NCBI GenBank assembly: GCA_963781585.1
Contig: CAWAGQ010000006.1
Coordinates: forward strand, 438,084 to 502,083
Length of the DNA stretch: 64,000 nt
Source: an uncultured Gemmatimonadaceae bacterium
Lineage (GTDB): Bacteria > Gemmatimonadota > Gemmatimonadetes > Gemmatimonadales > Gemmatimonadaceae
Direction: 5' to 3'
Of the stretch, positions 19,855 to 29,681 are shown in pieces. Made by a program: the position numbers and the translations under genes. The notes beneath the pieces were generated by a model. The model was not told the origin of the DNA, ran no database searches, and saw nothing but the letters and a program-made list of their open reading frames with translations. How positions within the stretch are numbered: the first letter of the stretch is position 1; every line of letters starts with the position of its first letter.

Positions 19855-21348
19855 ATGACAATCTCTTCACTCGGCGCGACGGGAGGCCAGGTGGGCATAC
19901 GCGCCGGAATCACCGTCGTCTTCTTCATCTTCCTCGCCATCGTCGCGCCACGCCTCCCGGCGCAAGTGGTCGAGCGACCGATCGCCTTCGACTCCGCCGG
20001 GCGCGTCATGACGATCTCGCCGCCGCTCGCCGCGCGGCTGCAACTCGCGGCGCCGCTGTGGCCCGTCACGGGCGATTTCGTGGAAGCGCGCCTGTTCGAT
20101 CGCGGCAACGACACCTTCGTGATCGCCGTCCAGCGGGCGCAGGGCGCGATCGAGCGCTACGAGCTTTCCGCCGCGGCGCAGGAGACGCTGCGCAGCGCGG
20201 TGACCACCGCCATGCGGCGCACAGGCTCGCTCACGACCGGCGAGCGTCCGGACGAGATCTCGCAACCGGCCAGGGGTCGGCTTGTGCGCGACCAGGTCGT
20301 GCTCTCGCTCGTTCTCTACGGCCCGGCGCTCGCGGCGCTCACCCACGATGCAACCGCCGGCGGCGCGCTCTATCTGGCGTCCGTCGGCGCCACGTTCTTC
20401 ACCGCCGCGCAGATCGCGAAGAATCGCCCGGTCTCGAAGGCGCAGAACCACATGGCGACCAACGGTGCCTGGCGCGGCGCCCTGATCGCCCGCGGCCTTC
20501 TGTACGTCGCCAAGGGCGGCGAGCGCGCGAGCAGTGACGCGACGGCGGTCAGCCTCCTGCTCGGCGGCATCGGCGGGACCATCCTCGGCTTTCACGCGGG
20601 ACGCGCCCTCACCGACGGAGAAGCGCACGGCGCCACCGTGGGATCCACGCTCGCGGCGCTGACGTCCGCCGGAATCATCGGCGCGGCCGGAGGCTTCAAT
20701 CACGCGAGCGTGGGCGTGGAGCGACCGTTCGGGACCTCACATCGATATCCCGCACAGGTGGCGGCGATCACCGGCGCGGCGCTGGTGGGCTTTCCCCTCG
20801 GCCTGCATCACGTGCGCCGTGCGCCCTACAGCATCACGTCGGGGGACGCCGCGGTTCTCACCGCGTCCTATGCAGTCGGTGTACTGAGCGCATCAACGTT
20901 CGTCGTGGATGGCGATCCCTCCAATGAAGCAGTCGCTGCCGTGCTCACCGCTGGACTCCTCGCCGGCGCGGTGATTGGGGAGATGGACCTGGTCAAGCCC
21001 TACGATTTCACCGAGAGCCAGGGATGGCTCATGCAGCTCGGCGCCGCGGCCGGCGGACTCATGGGACTCGCGATTCCCGTTGCCGCCAAGTCAGAGTCGT
21101 CGGCGCTGAACGTAGGGGCCGCCGCGCTGGGAGCGGCGGCGGGACTGGCCATCACGAGATCTCTCCTCGATCCTGCACGAGGCATGCAACGCGAGTCGCC
21201 CAACGCTGGAGCAACCGCATCGCGAGGCGCGGCAACATCCGCGGTGGCTTCGCGGGTCGCGGTCGCGCTGCATCCGGAAAGCCTCGCGATCCTCCTCGCG
21301 CGGCCCGGGGCGAACGTCACGGTACCGCTGCTGAGCGCGCGCTGGTAA
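19855..21348 (+). CDS. Gly/Ala-rich multi-helix membrane or secreted protein
   Basis: Signal peptide and many glycine-zipper-like hydrophobic helices. The start may be GTG 19891 (GGAGG upstream). Confidence 0.7.
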   Translation: MTISSLGATGGQVGIRAGITVVFFIFLAIVAPRLPAQVVERPIAFDSAGRVMTISPPLAARLQLAAPLWPVTGDFVEARLFDRGNDTFVIAVQRAQGAIERYELSAAAQETLRSAVTTAMRRTGSLTTGERPDEISQPARGRLVRDQVVLSLVLYGPALAALTHDATAGGALYLASVGATFFTAAQIAKNRPVSKAQNHMATNGAWRGALIARGLLYVAKGGERASSDATAVSLLLGGIGGTILGFHAGRALTDGEAHGATVGSTLAALTSAGIIGAAGGFNHASVGVERPFGTSHRYPAQVAAITGAALVGFPLGLHHVRRAPYSITSGDAAVLTASYAVGVLSASTFVVDGDPSNEAVAAVLTAGLLAGAVIGEMDLVKPYDFTESQGWLMQLGAAAGGLMGLAIPVAAKSESSALNVGAAALGAAAGLAITRSLLDPARGMQRESPNAGATASRGAATSAVASRVAVALHPESLAILLARPGANVTVPLLSARW

Positions 21349-21464
21349 GCGGGCCGCAGGCATCGCCGGCGCGTGTCGGCCGCCGCCTCCGGCTCAGGAT
21401 CCGTCAGGGTACGTTATACGAGGGCAACAGCCGCGGTGGTCGAGCCAGAACGATGGAGTCGTCG

Positions 21465-22235
21465 ATGAACTCGAACCGCACCACCGACGGGAACGTGAGT
21501 ACGGGTCACGTCTTCTTCGCCGTGACCATGATTGGGCTCGGGATCCTCGGCCTGGTCAAAGGCGACTTCCCGTCGATCTGGGTGCCGGTGCCGAAGGCGG
21601 TGCCCGCACGCGCGGCACTGATCTACGCCACCGCGGTCATCTCGCTGGCCTGTGGTGTCGGGCTGCTCTGGCGGCGAACGGCTGCGGTCGCCGCGCGCGT
21701 GCTGCTCGTGTATCTCCTGGCCTGGCTCCTTCTATTGAAGGTGCCCCACATGCTGGTCGCGTTTGCCGTGGACACCTGGTGGGCCGCCTGCAAGCTGGCG
21801 GTGATGGCAGCGGGCGCCTGGATCATCTACGTCCGGTTCGACGGTGAGCGTGACGGCGGGCGCTTCCGTTTTGCCCGCGGTGAAAGTGGCGTGCGCATCG
21901 CGAGGCTTCTCTACGGCGTGGCGCTGATTCCGTTCGGGCTGGCCCACTTCATCTACCTGCAGCAGACGGCCGTGCTCGTGCCCGGGTGGCTGCTCTTTTC
22001 CGGGAATACGTGGGGGTACTTCACCGGCTGCGCGTTCGTGGCGGCGGGCCTCGCGATCGTCGTCGGCGTGTGGGCACGACTGGCGGCGGTGCTCGCGGCC
22101 GTGCAGGTGGGGCTGTTCACGCTCATCGTGTGGGTGCCCGTCGTCGCGGCCGGCCCCAACTCGTACCAATGGCAGGAGTTCGTGACCTCGTGGGCGATCA
22201 CGGCCGGCGCCTGGATGATCGCGGACTCCTACTAG
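21465..22235 (+). CDS. DoxX-like membrane protein (duplicated domain)
   Basis: GGAG RBS; two similar halves (PVPKAVP / LVPGWL), RLLYGVALIPFGLAHF. Confidence 0.8.
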   Translation: MNSNRTTDGNVSTGHVFFAVTMIGLGILGLVKGDFPSIWVPVPKAVPARAALIYATAVISLACGVGLLWRRTAAVAARVLLVYLLAWLLLLKVPHMLVAFAVDTWWAACKLAVMAAGAWIIYVRFDGERDGGRFRFARGESGVRIARLLYGVALIPFGLAHFIYLQQTAVLVPGWLLFSGNTWGYFTGCAFVAAGLAIVVGVWARLAAVLAAVQVGLFTLIVWVPVVAAGPNSYQWQEFVTSWAITAGAWMIADSY

Positions 22236-22321
22236 GCCCCGGCTCGCCCGGCGATGGATGCCAGGGGGTCTGCCCTGCGGCAAACCCAGGCTCTCCGGCC
22301 GCTTCATGCTGTCCCCGGCGT

Positions 22322-24088
22322 CTACTCGGGCGGCGCAATGTCGTCCAGTTGGTCGAATCGCAGGTTGCTCACGCCCTCACCCCGACCGGCTTGCTTCGAT
22401 CGGCCAAGCCAGAGATAGGTCTGCCCCGATGTCCAGCGCGCGCGCTGCCAGGCTCGCTCCACGATCACGCCGGCGCGCGGCACCTCCTCCTCGTTGATGA
22501 AGAACGGCGGCGGCACCTCGGTGAGGAGACGGCCGCGCGCGCCGGGTGCTCCCGGCATTCGCGCGCGCTGCAACTGGATCTCCGACGTGCTTCCCGCGAG
22601 ATGGACGGGCAGAAACGGGATCCAGTTGCTCGGCACCGTGGTGCCGGCGACGTACCGGATTGCCGCCGTGCCCGCGGGAACAAACGGCGGCGGTGGCGGC
22701 GTGCCGATGTCGAGCTCGTCGCCGCGCACACCGGCGCCGGCGGCCGATGGCACGACCTTCTCCACCGCCCACACCATCTTCGCCGCCTCGTCGCGCAGGA
22801 AATTGACCTTTTCGATCGGGTCGCTCTCCAGCATCTGGGCGATCGAGGAGGCCAGATAGAACCTGCTCGACGCCGATGCGGCGCCGCCGCGATCGGTATT
22901 CTGGAACATCGCCCATCGGTGCCAGGTGGTGCCTTCGCTCCGGCCGGCCGGCCGGATCAGCGTCTCCACGCCGAACACGTCGGTTACCACGATGCCCTCT
23001 ACGCTGCACAGGGTATTGAACGGCATTGGAAATGGAAGCATGAACCAGTCGTTCGAGTAGATCAGCCCGAACTCCGCGAAGACCAGGTGCAGGAGTCCCG
23101 TCGGTGACACGCCGATCGCGCCGAAGTCCGTCTGGTTCTCCTCCATCTGCCAGAAGCGCGGATTGGGCATGCCCTTGAAGCTGAGTGGCGCCGGAATGAA
23201 CGACGACAGAACCTCGGCGTCGGGCGGGGCGGTCGGCGTCGTTTCCCCGTCCGCGATCATCGCCTGGCGCGAGTCCAGATCGAACGAGTACCAGTCGATG
23301 TGGCCCTGATAGTACTCGTCGGCCAGAAGGACGCTCTGCTGCCCGGCCGGCGTCGCGAGGCTGAATCCGTACTCGAGCTGCCGCGTCTTCCAGGCATTCT
23401 CGGCCGGCAATGACGGCTGGCTGTAGGTCCGCGCGAACCACGCGAGCAGGGGCGCCGCGAGGTCATCCAGGGCTGTCTTGTCCGCGCCTGCGATCGTGCC
23501 CTCGGCATCGAGCCACTCGCGAAAACGCGTGAGCGCGGGATTCACGCCCGGCGTGGTCATGTCGCGGTACATCGCGTAGCCGTTCCACCACCGCGTTCTG
23601 GCCGCGCCGTAGAGCTGCGTTCCGCTGTAGTCGTTAGGCTCGGGAGCGAAAACGAGCGGATACTGCGCGATCAGCGCGTCCCGGTGCGCGGAGACGAGCG
23701 CGGCACCGAGTTTCCAGTACGACCGCGCGAGTTCGACGGCGAGCCCGAGGTCGCCGATGAGCATTTCGCGCTCGACGCGCGTCTCGATCGGGATCGTGTC
23801 GTCGTAACTCTGGACCGGCCCGGATCCGATCAACGCGCGGTCGACGTGCTGCTGCACGCTCAGGATTCGCGCGCCGATCGGCGTCGCGGCGTCCTCGCCC
23901 TGAAACTCGCCCATCTGCCACTGCCGCGTGAGCAGCCACATCGGGTCGCGCACCTCGGCGCGCAGGCTCCGGGTGAAGTCGGTGCTGCGCGGACTGGCCT
24001 CGAGCCGGTTGAACGCGGTCACCGTCGGGAGGCGGAACTCCGCCTCGTAGACGCTTTCGAGTGTGGCGATGGGAATGGCTGCGGTCAT
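22322..24088 (-). CDS. Conserved-type hypothetical protein, last gene of the DUF6603-like operon
   Basis: 588 aa; RLE..PR..DF..SLRAEVRDPMWLLTRQWQMGEFQGED, GMPNPRFWQME, AEFGLIYSNDWF, EEEVPRAG, GRGE..SNLRFD. Confidence 0.85.
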   Translation of the reverse strand: MTAAIPIATLESVYEAEFRLPTVTAFNRLEASPRSTDFTRSLRAEVRDPMWLLTRQWQMGEFQGEDAATPIGARILSVQQHVDRALIGSGPVQSYDDTIPIETRVEREMLIGDLGLAVELARSYWKLGAALVSAHRDALIAQYPLVFAPEPNDYSGTQLYGAARTRWWNGYAMYRDMTTPGVNPALTRFREWLDAEGTIAGADKTALDDLAAPLLAWFARTYSQPSLPAENAWKTRQLEYGFSLATPAGQQSVLLADEYYQGHIDWYSFDLDSRQAMIADGETTPTAPPDAEVLSSFIPAPLSFKGMPNPRFWQMEENQTDFGAIGVSPTGLLHLVFAEFGLIYSNDWFMLPFPMPFNTLCSVEGIVVTDVFGVETLIRPAGRSEGTTWHRWAMFQNTDRGGAASASSRFYLASSIAQMLESDPIEKVNFLRDEAAKMVWAVEKVVPSAAGAGVRGDELDIGTPPPPPFVPAGTAAIRYVAGTTVPSNWIPFLPVHLAGSTSEIQLQRARMPGAPGARGRLLTEVPPPFFINEEEVPRAGVIVERAWQRARWTSGQTYLWLGRSKQAGRGEGVSNLRFDQLDDIAPPE

Positions 24089-24095
24089 CGCGACC

Positions 24096-27000
24096 TCAGG
24101 TCAGGTTCGGATTGACGTAAAACGTCGTCAGCAGGGGCATCGCCGAGAGGTTGAGCCGATAATCCAGCGAGACGTTGAGCGCGAACTGCTGGAACTCCGC
24201 TATCACCGCCGGCAGAAGAACACCGAGCTCCGGGTTGGCCGCCCGCTGGTCGAGCAGCAGCGGCTCCACGGCGCGCATCTTCGCCCGGCGGAGGGTGTCG
24301 TTGAGGATTCCGACCAGCGCGTCCCAGCTCCAATGACCGGTCATTTCCGGAGGCACGGCGAGCAACAGCGCCTGCGGCGGCATGGCGTTCGGCCGATTGT
24401 AGTTGAAGGCCACACCGGTGCTCTGGTCCCGGGCCGGAATAGTCTCCGTCCACGAATCCACGAGAACACCGCTGCGCAGGGAACCGGCGGTGTACGCTGC
24501 GTCGCCGTGGGTGACGATCGACAGGGTATCGCTGGCGATGTCGTACGGCTCGCCGGTGGCGGGATCGGTGTCGGGAAGCCCAACGGCGAGCCAACTGTCC
24601 CGGGGGCGATAGGGAAGCTGCACCGCGCTCAGGTCGAGCGACGACGCGAACAGCGTTTCACGCAACAGGCGGATGCGTTCCCAGGCCGCGATCCTGGGGC
24701 GCACGTATGCGACGCCGCGAATCCACTCGTCTTCAGGTGTCGGCATCGCGAGCGTGTTCACGGCGTGATCGACGAGCTGCCCGTGATCGGCGTGCGATTG
24801 CATCAGCTCGCTCTCGTTGTCCAACGCGAATGCCGGGATCACCGGGAACGCGTCGCCGAGGATGGCTTTGCACGCGTCGCTCGCCAGGCCGACCGCCTTC
24901 TCGTTCGCGTCCGTGGCGGCGATGTCGGCGTCGGTGAGCGCCTTGTCGCTCGCCGCCCGGCGGGTGGCTGCTGCGTTCGCGGCGTCGATCGCCTGCGACA
25001 CGAGCGCCAGCTTCGAGCCGTCGCGGGTGACGTCCTGGGTGCGCGGAAACGCATCGGCAAGGCCAAAGGCGGCCAGGTGAATCAACTGCTCCTGCAGCAG
25101 CAGCATGTCGCTCGACGCGAACGTGAACGCGAGATCGGTGACGTCGGCGTCCTGCGCGCGAATCTCGTCGAACGCCTGGCCGAGCGTCGTGACATTCACG
25201 GCGCCGATCGAGGCGGTGAACGGCAGCCCGCGGATCGTCGAGAGCACGCCGTCGATCTGCGTCTGCAGCGCGGCGGCCCGCGCGCGCAGCTCGGCAAACA
25301 CGGATCCGGAGTCCGGCGTTCCCCCCTGCGTGGTGGAGGTGTGGTAGTCGCGCGCGTCGAGCGGACGGGAGTCGTGGAGCACTCGCTGCAGCGCGAGCAT
25401 CAGCGGCATCACCTCGGCCATGCTCAGCCTGGATGGATCGCCGGTGGGCGCGCCGAAGTCGATCTGCACGCGCGCGGTCTCGTCGAGTCCGTGGTCGGCG
25501 CGATAGCGCCAGGCGACGCGCGTCTCGATCTCCGAGGCTCCGGTGCGCCCGCCGTCGCCCGTGGCGGCGTCGGTCCCGAGGATCGAGATCAGGTCGATGG
25601 GCTGGAGTGCGAGGTCGGCGGCCGACATCGTCGCCGGGTTCACGAGTGTTTCGTCGTCCTGCCGCTCGGACACCTGCATGACGAAGTGATTCGGGGCGCC
25701 GAGGACGGCTCCGAGCCACTGATTCACTCCCGGCTCGAGCGAGGCGCGTGGCGTCATCGGCACTGGCCACGCCGCGGCCGCGGGATCGCCGGGATCGAGC
25801 CGCGTGAAATGAACCGCGACGCGCTGCGTGAACGTGAACCGGCTGCTGCGCGGCGTCCTGACGACGTCGAGCTGCGGGGGCACCTGCGCGTCCTTGATCG
25901 AGCCGAGCACCGCGCCCGCGCGATCGAAGTTGGACTGCACCATCTGATACGCGCTTTCGGCCAGCAGGAGATCGTTGACGGCATCGAGGGTGTCGGCGAT
26001 GCGGTCGCGCTCCGCGTTGAGCGCGGCCAGACGGGGCGCGGTCAGGACGGTTGCGTCGGCGCCGGTAATCGCCGCCCAGTTCGGCGACGCGGTCGCGGCG
26101 AGCGTCAGGCCGTTGACGACGTCGTAGGTGTCGACCGTTTCCTGCGCCCCGCCGGCGTCTCCGCCCGCGATGCGCATTCGCCGAATCGGAAACGCGACCC
26201 GGATGTCGAAGAGCAGGCCGTTCAGCACCTGGAGCGACGCGTCGGCCGAGGCGCGGTCGTGGATGCCGCGCTCGAACTGATAGCCAAGCAGCGCTTCCAC
26301 TGCCTGGCCGTTGCGCATCCCCTCGAGAATGAACATCGCCCGGCGGACCCGCTCCGAGGTGAGGTTCACCGCCATGACGTCGGGGTTGGTGTCGGTCGCG
26401 TGGCTCATGTACCCGGCGCGCAGCACGGCGGCGGCGGTCGCGTGATTGATCGACGGCGCGTGGACGAACCCGCCGTTGTCGGTGTATTCGCGCAGCGGCG
26501 TGCCCCTGGGTGAACGGAGCTTGTCGGGGACGTCCTGCACTGCGGCGAACGAAGCCGACGGTCGCACGTTCTCCACCCAGCCGAACCCGCCAAGATAGGA
26601 TCCGGGATTTCTGGTGGCGCCGCGCGCGGGGGGAACGCCGCGCAGCGTCTCGAGCCTGCCCTTGAAGAGCGCCGTCTGCCACGCGTCGAGCCGGTAGGTG
26701 CACGCATCCACATGCTCGGTGAAGCATCGCTCCAGGCGTGCGGTCGACCGACTGGCGAGCGAGTCGATGGATTCCCGCATCTGATCGAGGAACGCCGTCT
26801 CGCTGAGTGAAACGGTCGGCAGCAGGAGGTAGTCGGCGACGCGGAACGACTTGTACGGGCTGGCTGGGTCGATTGCGCCCACGGGGGCGCGCAGCACTTC
26901 CCATCGCGTGAGATCTCCGCCGGGTCGCACGTTGTGGAACGTGCTGGCGAGGGTCGTTGCCTTCGCGTCGACGCCCCGGCCCTTCATCCACAGGACCGCG

Positions 27001-29675
27001 CTCTTGTGGAGCTGCAGAATGAGGGCGTGTCGCGCCTGGAGATAGAGCAGCGCCGTCGGCACCGGCGCGCCGCCGAAGTTCTGGGCCGACAGCGCATCGA
27101 CCGACGTCGCGTCGCGCAGCCAGTGGAGATAGTTCTGGTGCGCAACGGTGTCGTACTCGCGGATCGGGTCCGTCTCGGACAACGGGACGCCGTCGATGAG
27201 ATTGGCCGCGTCGAGCGACGTCGTGAAATTCTGGAAGACGAGCTTGGTGAGCTCGAACAGGTTGCCCGTCAGGCCGGGGGCGGCCGGCAACCCTGCCCAG
27301 CTTCGCAGGAGATTGGTGACGTTGACGCCGCGGAGCCCCGCGGCGATGACCCGGTCGGATTCGGCGCCGCCGGCCTCGAAGTTCACGAGGTTGGCGAGAT
27401 ACTCCAGCGTGTAGGCAATCCGCTGCGCGAAGGTGACAGACCCGGGCTGGAGCCCGAGCACGTTGAGGAGCATGTCATCGGCGGCCAGACCCGGCTTGCC
27501 GGCGAACGCGAGCTGCGGAATGATGGCAGTCCAGATCGCGTCGAAGTACTGAAGGAGCTTGTAGAGCATCGGTCGAAACGGATCGGACTTCGCGGAGACG
27601 GCGGTCTCCTTCCACCTCACGAAATCGCTCGTCAGGAGGATACCGTACGGCTGATCGCCGATGCGGATGGCCGAGAGCGGCCCGCGACCGGTGACGTTGG
27701 CGACGAAGAAGTCGCGGAGCCGATCGCGTCCCGATTCGCTCACCAGCGGGTCCAACAGGGTGTCGAAGTAGTAGCCGAGCGTCGCGGGATAGAGCGCGGC
27801 GTTCATCGCCACCGCGTCGCTGTAGTCCGTGTTGTCACTGTTGAAGACGAACTGCAGTGTCTCGTAGGAGACACCGAGCCCGTCGGCGAGCAGCCTGCCG
27901 TCGGTGGTTGAGGCGGGGGTAAAGAGCGGGACGTCGAGGCCGGTGACCTCCTGCGTGTGCGTGAGCAGGTCGTTGACGGAGTACCCCGATCCGTCGCCGT
28001 CGGTGTTGTTGGTGGCGGTGCCCTGGGCCAGAAGCGACAGGCCCTTTGGCGAATGCTGATGGTTCGACAGCAGTGTCTCGAGCGCCTCGCCGCCCGACGC
28101 CGCGGAGCGCGACGCCATCACCCCGAGCACAAGGATCCTGTCGAAGCCGGATTGGAGCTGCGCCGGGGTGATGGGGATGCGAAAGCCCATTCCCAGGCTC
28201 ACGGCGCGGTCGAAGTTGGACGCCCAGTCGTAGTTCGGGCCAAACGTGAGTTGGCCATCGACCGTGACGAACGAATCCTCGTTGTCCGCCTGGTCGGCGT
28301 CCGCGGCGAGGTCGAGCGGCTCGGGTCCGAGCATCAGCTCGTCCGGGATCACGTTGCCCACGACCTCCTTCACGATCGTGCCGCCGGTGTACAGGATCGC
28401 CACGAACCGGTCGGGGAGCACGTTGGAGCGCGGCGCGCGCGACCATGAGCTGGTGCTGGTGAGGTCGTGCGGCGGAAAGGTGAGATCGTCGGTAGTGGCC
28501 AGGGTGCTGAGCGCGGACCAGTTGGTCGGCCGCGTTTGTCTCGCCACCCACGCCGAGCGCGATGGGCCGAAGAGCGCGGCGAAGTTCTTCCACGTTTCGG
28601 TCTTGCGGGAGCCCTTGCCGCTGTCGGTGTCCTTTTCGATGCCGAAGATCGATCGCCAGTACTCTTCGCCGGCGGCGACCTCCCGGTCGGTGAGCTCGTT
28701 CTCGTGCGTATGAACGGCGATGTCATCGGGATAGACGCGAAGCCACAGCTCGGGCGACGGCACCGGCGCAACCGCTCCCACGGCGAGAGCGCCTGCCGGT
28801 GCAACGCCCGGCGGGCCCGCCGCCGGACTTCCGGCTGGAATTCCACCCGGAGGCGGCGGCTGGCTGACGAACCGCGTCTCGATGCGTACCGGCAGGAGGA
28901 GGAACGGGGTCGTGTCCGGCATCTGCGCGACGGCCGACCGGGGATGTGGGTCGACGTAGATACCGGTGATCGTGTCGTGCAGCGCCCCGGTGGTCGCCTT
29001 CCACGACCCCTTGGTCTTGGCATACTGCGCGTTCAGCGCCGCGAGCCGTTCCCGAATCTGGTCCGGCGTGGGTCCGGCCGCGCCCTTGAGGGCGCCGATC
29101 TCCGCCTGGTTGTCGTCGATCGCCTGACGCGTGTCACTCGTTTGCGCGACGATCTTCTGCAGCGCCTTGCGCGCTGCGGCCGCCGCTTGCTCGATTGCGG
29201 CCTGATTGTCGGTGGCGGCCGCCAGCGACCCCGTCGTATCGGCGATCTGTGCGCGCGTGGACTCGATCGAGGCCTCGAGGGAATCCGCCAGCGTGCGGTC
29301 CTTGGGCCGGGCGGTTTGCGCGAGCGCGATGCGACTCTCGAGCTGGTCGAGCGCTGCGCGAAGCGCGGTGAGCGACTGCTGCAGGAACGTGATGCGTTGC
29401 CTGCCGGCGTCCACGCTGCCGATCGCGGCGCGCGCCGACTGCTCGGCGGCCGACAGCGAGCGCAGGGTGGACTCCAGCTGCGCGATCTCGGCGCGTCGAG
29501 CCGTAACTTCGGCGGGGTCGGGCGGGCCGAGCTTGCCGCCGGCCTGCTGACTCTTGCGGAGCGCGGCGGTGTCACGCGAGATCTGCGTCCGCAACGCGTA
29601 CATGCGCTGCCCGAGATCATCGCGCTGCGCGCGGAGTCGGTCGATTACCGGCAGGTGGTCGTCGAGGGTAGCCAT
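24096..29675 (-). CDS. Very large hypothetical protein with N-terminal coiled coil
   Basis: 1859 aa; heptad-rich first ~230 aa; LLPVRIETRF, LRVYPDD, YRLDAW, GGFVHAPS..HA..AAVLRAGY, LLGYQFER, PNAMPPQALLLAVPP. Confidence 0.85.
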   Translation of the reverse strand: MATLDDHLPVIDRLRAQRDDLGQRMYALRTQISRDTAALRKSQQAGGKLGPPDPAEVTARRAEIAQLESTLRSLSAAEQSARAAIGSVDAGRQRITFLQQSLTALRAALDQLESRIALAQTARPKDRTLADSLEASIESTRAQIADTTGSLAAATDNQAAIEQAAAAARKALQKIVAQTSDTRQAIDDNQAEIGALKGAAGPTPDQIRERLAALNAQYAKTKGSWKATTGALHDTITGIYVDPHPRSAVAQMPDTTPFLLLPVRIETRFVSQPPPPGGIPAGSPAAGPPGVAPAGALAVGAVAPVPSPELWLRVYPDDIAVHTHENELTDREVAAGEEYWRSIFGIEKDTDSGKGSRKTETWKNFAALFGPSRSAWVARQTRPTNWSALSTLATTDDLTFPPHDLTSTSSWSRAPRSNVLPDRFVAILYTGGTIVKEVVGNVIPDELMLGPEPLDLAADADQADNEDSFVTVDGQLTFGPNYDWASNFDRAVSLGMGFRIPITPAQLQSGFDRILVLGVMASRSAASGGEALETLLSNHQHSPKGLSLLAQGTATNNTDGDGSGYSVNDLLTHTQEVTGLDVPLFTPASTTDGRLLADGLGVSYETLQFVFNSDNTDYSDAVAMNAALYPATLGYYFDTLLDPLVSESGRDRLRDFFVANVTGRGPLSAIRIGDQPYGILLTSDFVRWKETAVSAKSDPFRPMLYKLLQYFDAIWTAIIPQLAFAGKPGLAADDMLLNVLGLQPGSVTFAQRIAYTLEYLANLVNFEAGGAESDRVIAAGLRGVNVTNLLRSWAGLPAAPGLTGNLFELTKLVFQNFTTSLDAANLIDGVPLSETDPIREYDTVAHQNYLHWLRDATSVDALSAQNFGGAPVPTALLYLQARHALILQLHKSAVLWMKGRGVDAKATTLASTFHNVRPGGDLTRWEVLRAPVGAIDPASPYKSFRVADYLLLPTVSLSETAFLDQMRESIDSLASRSTARLERCFTEHVDACTYRLDAWQTALFKGRLETLRGVPPARGATRNPGSYLGGFGWVENVRPSASFAAVQDVPDKLRSPRGTPLREYTDNGGFVHAPSINHATAAAVLRAGYMSHATDTNPDVMAVNLTSERVRRAMFILEGMRNGQAVEALLGYQFERGIHDRASADASLQVLNGLLFDIRVAFPIRRMRIAGGDAGGAQETVDTYDVVNGLTLAATASPNWAAITGADATVLTAPRLAALNAERDRIADTLDAVNDLLLAESAYQMVQSNFDRAGAVLGSIKDAQVPPQLDVVRTPRSSRFTFTQRVAVHFTRLDPGDPAAAAWPVPMTPRASLEPGVNQWLGAVLGAPNHFVMQVSERQDDETLVNPATMSAADLALQPIDLISILGTDAATGDGGRTGASEIETRVAWRYRADHGLDETARVQIDFGAPTGDPSRLSMAEVMPLMLALQRVLHDSRPLDARDYHTSTTQGGTPDSGSVFAELRARAAALQTQIDGVLSTIRGLPFTASIGAVNVTTLGQAFDEIRAQDADVTDLAFTFASSDMLLLQEQLIHLAAFGLADAFPRTQDVTRDGSKLALVSQAIDAANAAATRRAASDKALTDADIAATDANEKAVGLASDACKAILGDAFPVIPAFALDNESELMQSHADHGQLVDHAVNTLAMPTPEDEWIRGVAYVRPRIAAWERIRLLRETLFASSLDLSAVQLPYRPRDSWLAVGLPDTDPATGEPYDIASDTLSIVTHGDAAYTAGSLRSGVLVDSWTETIPARDQSTGVAFNYNRPNAMPPQALLLAVPPEMTGHWSWDALVGILNDTLRRAKMRAVEPLLLDQRAANPELGVLLPAVIAEFQQFALNVSLDYRLNLSAMPLLTTFYVNPNLT

Positions 29676-29681
29676 GGCCGG

